Assembly: GCF_000181795.1 (NCBI RefSeq)
Contig: NW_003526940.1
Coordinates: 1,592,571 to 1,656,570, forward strand
Reading direction: 5' to 3'
Source: Trichinella spiralis
Taxonomy: Eukaryota
Length of the DNA stretch: 64,000 bases
Shown here in pieces: positions 53,508 to 64,000 of this stretch (its first letter is position 1; each line of letters starts with the position of its first letter). The notes under the pieces were generated by a model that was not told the origin of the DNA, made no database searches, and worked only from the letters and a program-made list of their open reading frames with translations. The translations under genes and the position numbers were made by a program.

Positions 53508-56500
53508 TGTCATGAATAAATATAAGCTATTAATTGACGTAGCAACTGTATCATTGGCCGACTACGGAACGTAAACAAGGAATTTTATTATTCATAGCTT
53601 AATTGTGATTTTTAGTTCAAGCAACTTTAATTGTGACATGAATAAATTTATTAAAATGAAAATTATGTTAAAGTTTTATAACTGTAATTATGACTTTTTC
53701 GTATTTTAATATATAAAAGGGTGTATTTAGTATAATTAATCATTGGTAATTTTCATTTATTTATTTTTTGCGTTTTAAAGTATTACTTGAAAATCATTTT
53801 ATCGAAAGGCTCATGGTAAAAATGTTTGTTTTTTGCTGCATTTGTTTAGAATATATTAAAGTATTGAATGTTAGTGTTATATTTACATTTGCTGCAGAAA
53901 GTTCTTTTCTTTAGCAATAATAGTAAGTGTACATTATTTATTTTCACGATACTTTTTAAATTAATATAACATTATTAGTGCAAGGTGAAATACAATGTAA
54001 TGTGAACATGTAGCGTGTGAAGAAGTTGATTTTTCAATGAAAATTGTCATATAATAATAACAATGCAGAGTTCTGAATATTATGAATAAATAATTTTGCT
54101 TTTTTAAATGAACAATTTTGATATAATTCATAACCAGGTGCAAGGTTGAAAGAGGTAAGCTCTCAGAGGGTGTGAAATCTTTGCAGCTGAAGCAGGAAGC
54201 GGAATGGCATTGTTCACGCAATGAAGCCATGTAATGACCGTCGACAAATGAGATCTTCGACCACTGGTCATCAACTAGGCGTCCAGCATCCATAATGGGG
54301 ATCAATTGATCCGGTCTGGCTGTGGAACGCGCAGTTGTCAGTTGACCGGGTGGCCGAGTTGAATAATTAATTCTGCTCGGATGGGTATTAGCTGATGGGA
54401 AAGGACAGGCTTCAATCTATATTCGTTGTTCTTTCATTCGAGAACAACTTAATTGCCGGAAGGTAACCACAAGCTAGATTGTACGTTCATAAATTTTGCG
54501 TATTCATAAATAACCATTGTCCCAGTCTTTCCAAGCAATTATTATTACTTATCAACAGAAAATGGGTGTACAGTTATAAAGAAAAGAAACTTTATTGATT
54601 CGTACAAAATTATTTTTTTTCTTTTGAAATCCATCAATAATAGTTTTTCAGTTTTTGTATTTTATAAAAGTTTATTTATATTTGTTTAATGATCTGAAGG
54701 CACAGGTAAACATATCTAATGCGGAGAAAATTTTATGCTAATAATGATAATAATCATGCGTGTCTGTTAATTATTCAACTGTAATTTATAATAATTTAAT
54801 TTTTTGTGGTATGATAAAGCGTTGATTCACATAAAATTGAAGTATATTTACAAAAGTTTAATAAACTATTTATTTTTTGAATGGCATTTTATTTATTATC
54901 TGTCTTTACTTTTGATGATAAATTTCAATTAAGTTCTTATTTATTTTTTTACATATTTATTGCAATAAAAAAATTTAGTAGTTAAGCAAACTCAGTTTCA
55001 TTATTTTGAAATTAATCATTGGCATGTTTTATTGCATGTATTTATATCAGTAATATTCCAGAGTTGATCAGTAAAACATATGCAAATTTAAAGCTAGAGA
55101 TTTTTATCAAAGCAACTAATAAATTATTAATTTGAATGTCACTGAATGGAACGTTCAAGTTTGCTAATTTGGTAAGCAAAAATTTTGAAACTGTTAATAG
55201 TTGTATAATATTAATGCGCCAATTTGTTCTCAGAATATATCTGAAAACGCTTAATTGAAGAAAGTTTAATATTACTTTGTAAAAATTCAAAACTTTTCTG
55301 TCTTAATTTTGCTGTAACATTTTACAAAATTGCATCTTTCACATGCATAAATTAAGATTATTCAATGTTAAAATTATTTTTTTAATAATATCCTTAAATT
55401 TGAAAATTTCCAAGGAAATTATTAATTGAAATTGATACATTTGTAATTTTAATTTGAAAATCATTTCAAACGATGAATTTAATGTGTTTTGTTTATATTG
55501 AAATATTTTTTCAATTTATTGATTTTATTAATAATAAAAGGGAATATTTAATTTTATGCAATTTTGAATTTTCTGTTGTTTACAAATAAAATAAATGCTA
55601 ACCAAAAAAACATTTTTGAATGAAAAATAGTTGTTAATTTAGTTGGATGAAATAATTATTATTATTAGAGACAAGTTTGCATAATTTGTGCAATAATAAA
55701 GTAGTCAGTATTGACAGGACAGATTCATCGGGATTTTCCTAGTCGATTAGTCAGCAAGCAGCTTTTGAATCGGCAAAGCCGATGGCCGGAAATCAGCGCT
55801 ATTGCACGTGTAGCGTTGATGTAGCTGCTCACAAGGAGCGGCTAATTAACGAGAAGGTCGGTTAGCTGCTTTGTTAATGACCCCATCCAGGTGACCGTCG
55901 ATGTTGACAAGGTACGTCAGCAATCAATAACAACAACTCCCATTAGAGAATCGACCTGTGCCTGTCACTACTACATCTACAATCGAAAAACCATGAATAT
56001 TAAAATTATCATAAACAATATTTCAACTGATCAACCTATCAGTAATATTGTACAAAATTGTATTGTTTAAAAAATATTTTTTTTAATTTTACCATATCAA
56101 AAATAAATATACAATATATTTCAATAATTATTAATCTGAATAAAATTAATAGTTCACTGTGATTGTGAAATAAAGCCTGACTTAGGCTGTTATGCTGTTA
56201 TTAGGCTAATTATATTAGTCTGTTATACTGCTGCTGCATATCATTTTTTAATATTTGTAATTTCTTTTGTTAAATATTTAGCATATTTTATTGAATTTAT
56301 CCGGTTATTCATGCGTTAAAAATTTAAATTTTGATCAAAATTTAAAAAATAATCTTCTGCAATCAACACCACTAACTTATTTATAGTCGAATATCAGTTG
56401 TGAAAAATGCAAGATGAAAAAGAAATAATGTTTAATGTTTTTATCTTTACACATATCACAGTATGATTATTATTATTATTATTATTGTTGTTGAGGTTAA

Positions 56501-56745
56501 TTATTAATTTTTATAAATAAATATTTACATTTTTAAAATGTGTTTCTGTCTGTTCTTGATTCATTATTTTGCAGCTTGATATTTTCACCCGTGTAAAACG
56601 AACGCATGTTGGTTGATGTTGTATGGCATAGTTGAAATAAATGATCCAGTATGGTAACATTTTAATGATTTTAAAACTAATGTGAAAGTAAAACGGACAA
56701 AATTGCGCGTAAATTTGTTTGTAGAAGAGAAAAACAAAGATGAAA

Positions 56746-61196
<4,451 letters not shown>

Positions 61197-61360
61197 GCGA
61201 AAAAAAGAAAAAGGCTCTTCTGTTTAATTTCATACAAAACTAACGACAAGATTAGTTATTTGGAAATTTCTACCCCAGCGGACCTCACTAACCGTCCCTG
61301 CTTGACAAATGAACAGTAGCTTTGAAGATCATTTCTAAATCTGTTGAACGAATCATAAAA

Positions 61361-61521
61361 TAGATGGCGCTGTCGATGATGTTTTAACCACAACAGTTAT
61401 GCGTCTTTAAATTTTGCCGTCACCTGGCGACCGCAGGTGTCGCCGGCTTATATAGAAAAAATAGGCGTGGCTTTATTGGACCAATCAGAATTTGTGAAAT
61501 TGATTAACCTTATTGGATTGG
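61361..61521 (-). promoter_or_regulatory. Core/proximal promoter of the forkhead gene
   Basis: TATATAAG on the minus strand (61454-61447), GC-box-like AGGCGTGGC (61463-61471), four CCAAT/ATTGG (61475, 61481, 61512, 61517), X-box-like GTCACCTGGCGAC (61419-61431) and TAGATGGCGCTG (61361-61372). Confidence 0.6.
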
Positions 61522-63177
61522 TTGGATGATTTCGAAACACACCTGACGCTGACCTTCACTATATCTGGGGAATTAAATTAAGCACAAGAAGACCAAGTGT
61601 CCAATTATTACCTGTTGCAAATGTAAATCTGGCTTACGAACTGAAGCTTTTGAAAAAACCATCGACAGGTGCAAATAAATGCAAATCAATTGAATTGAAC
61701 AAAAATGGCCACTTTTAAATCTGTCCCGTCTAGGGTCTGTTTAAGAATCATTCTATCAGCTAATAATGCTCACATCCGTCATTGTTGATTTGGTCAAAAA
61801 AGCTTGCAATTTTTTGCAATGCATCAATAATTTTAGTCATTCACGAAAAGGTAAATCAATAATAAATGAAATCAACTTAACTGTATAAAATGAGAAATTT
61901 TAAAAATAATCATGTCACGCAATAATTATGACAAATTAATAAAATTGGTTTTTCTTTTTGATATTTATTTAATAATTAAATATTATTTTTTGTTACAGAA
62001 CTATCATTATGAAATTGTTTCAATTAATTTAAATTTTATTGAAACAGAGCATATCACTAGTCATTTTTCTATTTATAAAATTTATATGAAAAATTCTTCA
62101 AATTTTATCGCATATCATTAAGCAGTATCAAATATTTATTATTTTATGCAAGTTATTAATGCTATTCTTGACAGAATAAAGCTTAATCAATATTAATGAG
62201 ATGAACATATACATTGTTTTTCCTTTTGTATAATAATAATATGCATGGCATAAAAAACAAAAATGCTCAGAAAAAATTATGCGAATCATTAAAGTGTATG
62301 CTATTTTGTTTGCTAACCTTGTGAATTATACAGATGCTAGGCTGGTAGTGGAAATGTCATTGAATAAAGAGACAACCGCTTTCAGTATGTTTCACTTGCT
62401 TGCAATAAAGCATACTATATGAAATTTAATTTTCAGTTTTACTTCTTAGTAGTAACGTAGCAGAAACATTATTTCTGATGTTACATATTTTTTAATATTA
62501 TTTTTAAACTAAAATTACAATCAAAATTAAATAATATTACTCAAAAAATTTAAACTTATTAAATTTATTTTCAGATGCTCAGTTTATTGTAATCAAACTT
62601 TACAAAAATATTATGCATGTAATTAATTACTTAATTAATCAAATATCTAAACAAGCATAAATTTACCTAAAATATGGAAATAAATTCACAGTTGAAATAT
62701 TTTCTAATATGCATTATATTTTTAAGTGAAATATGTGCAATAAATGAAATTATTCATGCCATTTATAACAATTTCACAGCAACAATCAATTTCACATGTC
62801 AGTCATTCATTGCACGCTAACTGTTAAATTGTGATTTTATTAAATTTCAATTTTAATTTAACAGTTTTTGATGTTGCTTTTTTTCAATATGTCCAATATG
62901 AATTTTTTGAAATCTATAAATTTAAAAATAACTCATCCTCCTCCTTGAAATTACGTTAAATATAATTGATAAAATGTTTCCAACTTGGCGTTTGAAAATT
63001 ATGTAACATTTAATTAAATTTTTTTAAATATCTCCTACCTGATATCATTACATAGTTGCAAGTGATTATCATATTTTTCAAAAGGAAAAATTTCAAAACA
63101 CAAAGTAAGCATTCTATTCATTTTAACTTCGCTTGTTGAATTCATTCATTCTAAATGAATAAACAAAGCCAAATAAA

Positions 63178-63984
63178 CCTGCGGCAGCAAGTCGTCAAAT
63201 GTCACGAAAGAAGCTCTTTTCATCAATTGCCAATTCATCAAATCATAATTCACTTTTTCTACAAGCCTTTCGTACAATAAATTTAATGAATTCTTTAAGA
63301 TTATTTACTTTATTATTAATCAGTTTCTTCATCAGTGTTGAAAATTTTTTCAATAACATTAATAAAATCTGAAAATCACTTTATTAACCATGATACTATA
63401 AATGCAGCAATGTAATATACAACAAAAACAAAACCTTTTCTTCATACATTTGTTTATTGATTTTCTCATTTATACATTTTTCAAAATTTATAATATGCAT
63501 CACAAAACAATTAAGAACAACAACGCATCAAAGAATTACACAGCTATTTTACTTATTTTCATTTTCAACTAACGTTTTTTTCTTTGTAATTTCCCTGTTA
63601 ATTGGACATTGCTCGCTTTCTTTTTCCTTCTCTTTAAAAATTTTTTGCGAGAATTACCTAAACTTGATACATTGTTTAAAATCTCAATAAAATTTAATTT
63701 TATTAAATGCTAAAGATGAATAAATAAAATTATAAATACTATACCAGTTGAAATATTTTTATAACTTTCCTTAACCAGTCGCTCTTGCTTCAGCAATCGT
63801 TCAGCCGCTTTCTGCACCTACAAAACATGTAAAATTAGATTAAAGCTACAGCACAGTAATACGGTTAAAATTTTTTAAAACGTTAAATAAAAACGAAGAA
63901 CATACATCGTCTAAGTCAAGATCAGAAACACCAGACGATTCTTCTTCATCGAATGGATCACATTCGGTCGAAACCAGTTGAAAC
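63178..63984 (-). CDS. 3' exons of an unidentified gene entering from the right edge
   Basis: Splice-bounded coding-like blocks FQLVSTECDPFDEEESSGVSDLDLDD and VQKAAERLLKQERL, plus further candidate exons near 63368 and 63258. Terminal exon is ambiguous. Confidence 0.5.
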
Positions 63985-64000
63985 CTTAAATATTCTCATA

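Overview
Eukaryotic, AT-rich, gene-dense genomic DNA with short introns. The gene content and TTTTAG/TTTCAG acceptors suggest a nematode, most plausibly a clade I parasite such as Trichinella; this is an inference, not a database result. Conserved genes: cyclin A-like, EMC8/9, intron-containing tRNA-Ile(UAU), F-box/LRR protein, PRP16/DHX38, REEP1-4-type, Atg8/GABARAP, ATP10-class P4-ATPase, a thioredoxin/nucleoredoxin-like gene, Aurora kinase, NUDT1, WIPI3/4, MRPL40 and a FoxJ1-like forkhead factor. A rapidly evolving secreted-protein zone lies at about 33.6-47.5 kb. It holds a signal-peptide, Lys/Glu-tailed orphan gene whose 3' exons are tandemly duplicated, with one exon diverged almost only by amino-acid changes beside a nearly identical intron. 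It also holds an inverted dead copy of a C-type lectin 5' end inserted between the duplicates, and two atypical C-type lectins carrying a CxPC motif. The other highlight is a FoxJ1-like gene with a TATA/GC-box/CCAAT/X-box-like promoter, in a lineage that lacks motile cilia if the nematode assignment holds. Exon boundaries were read by eye.
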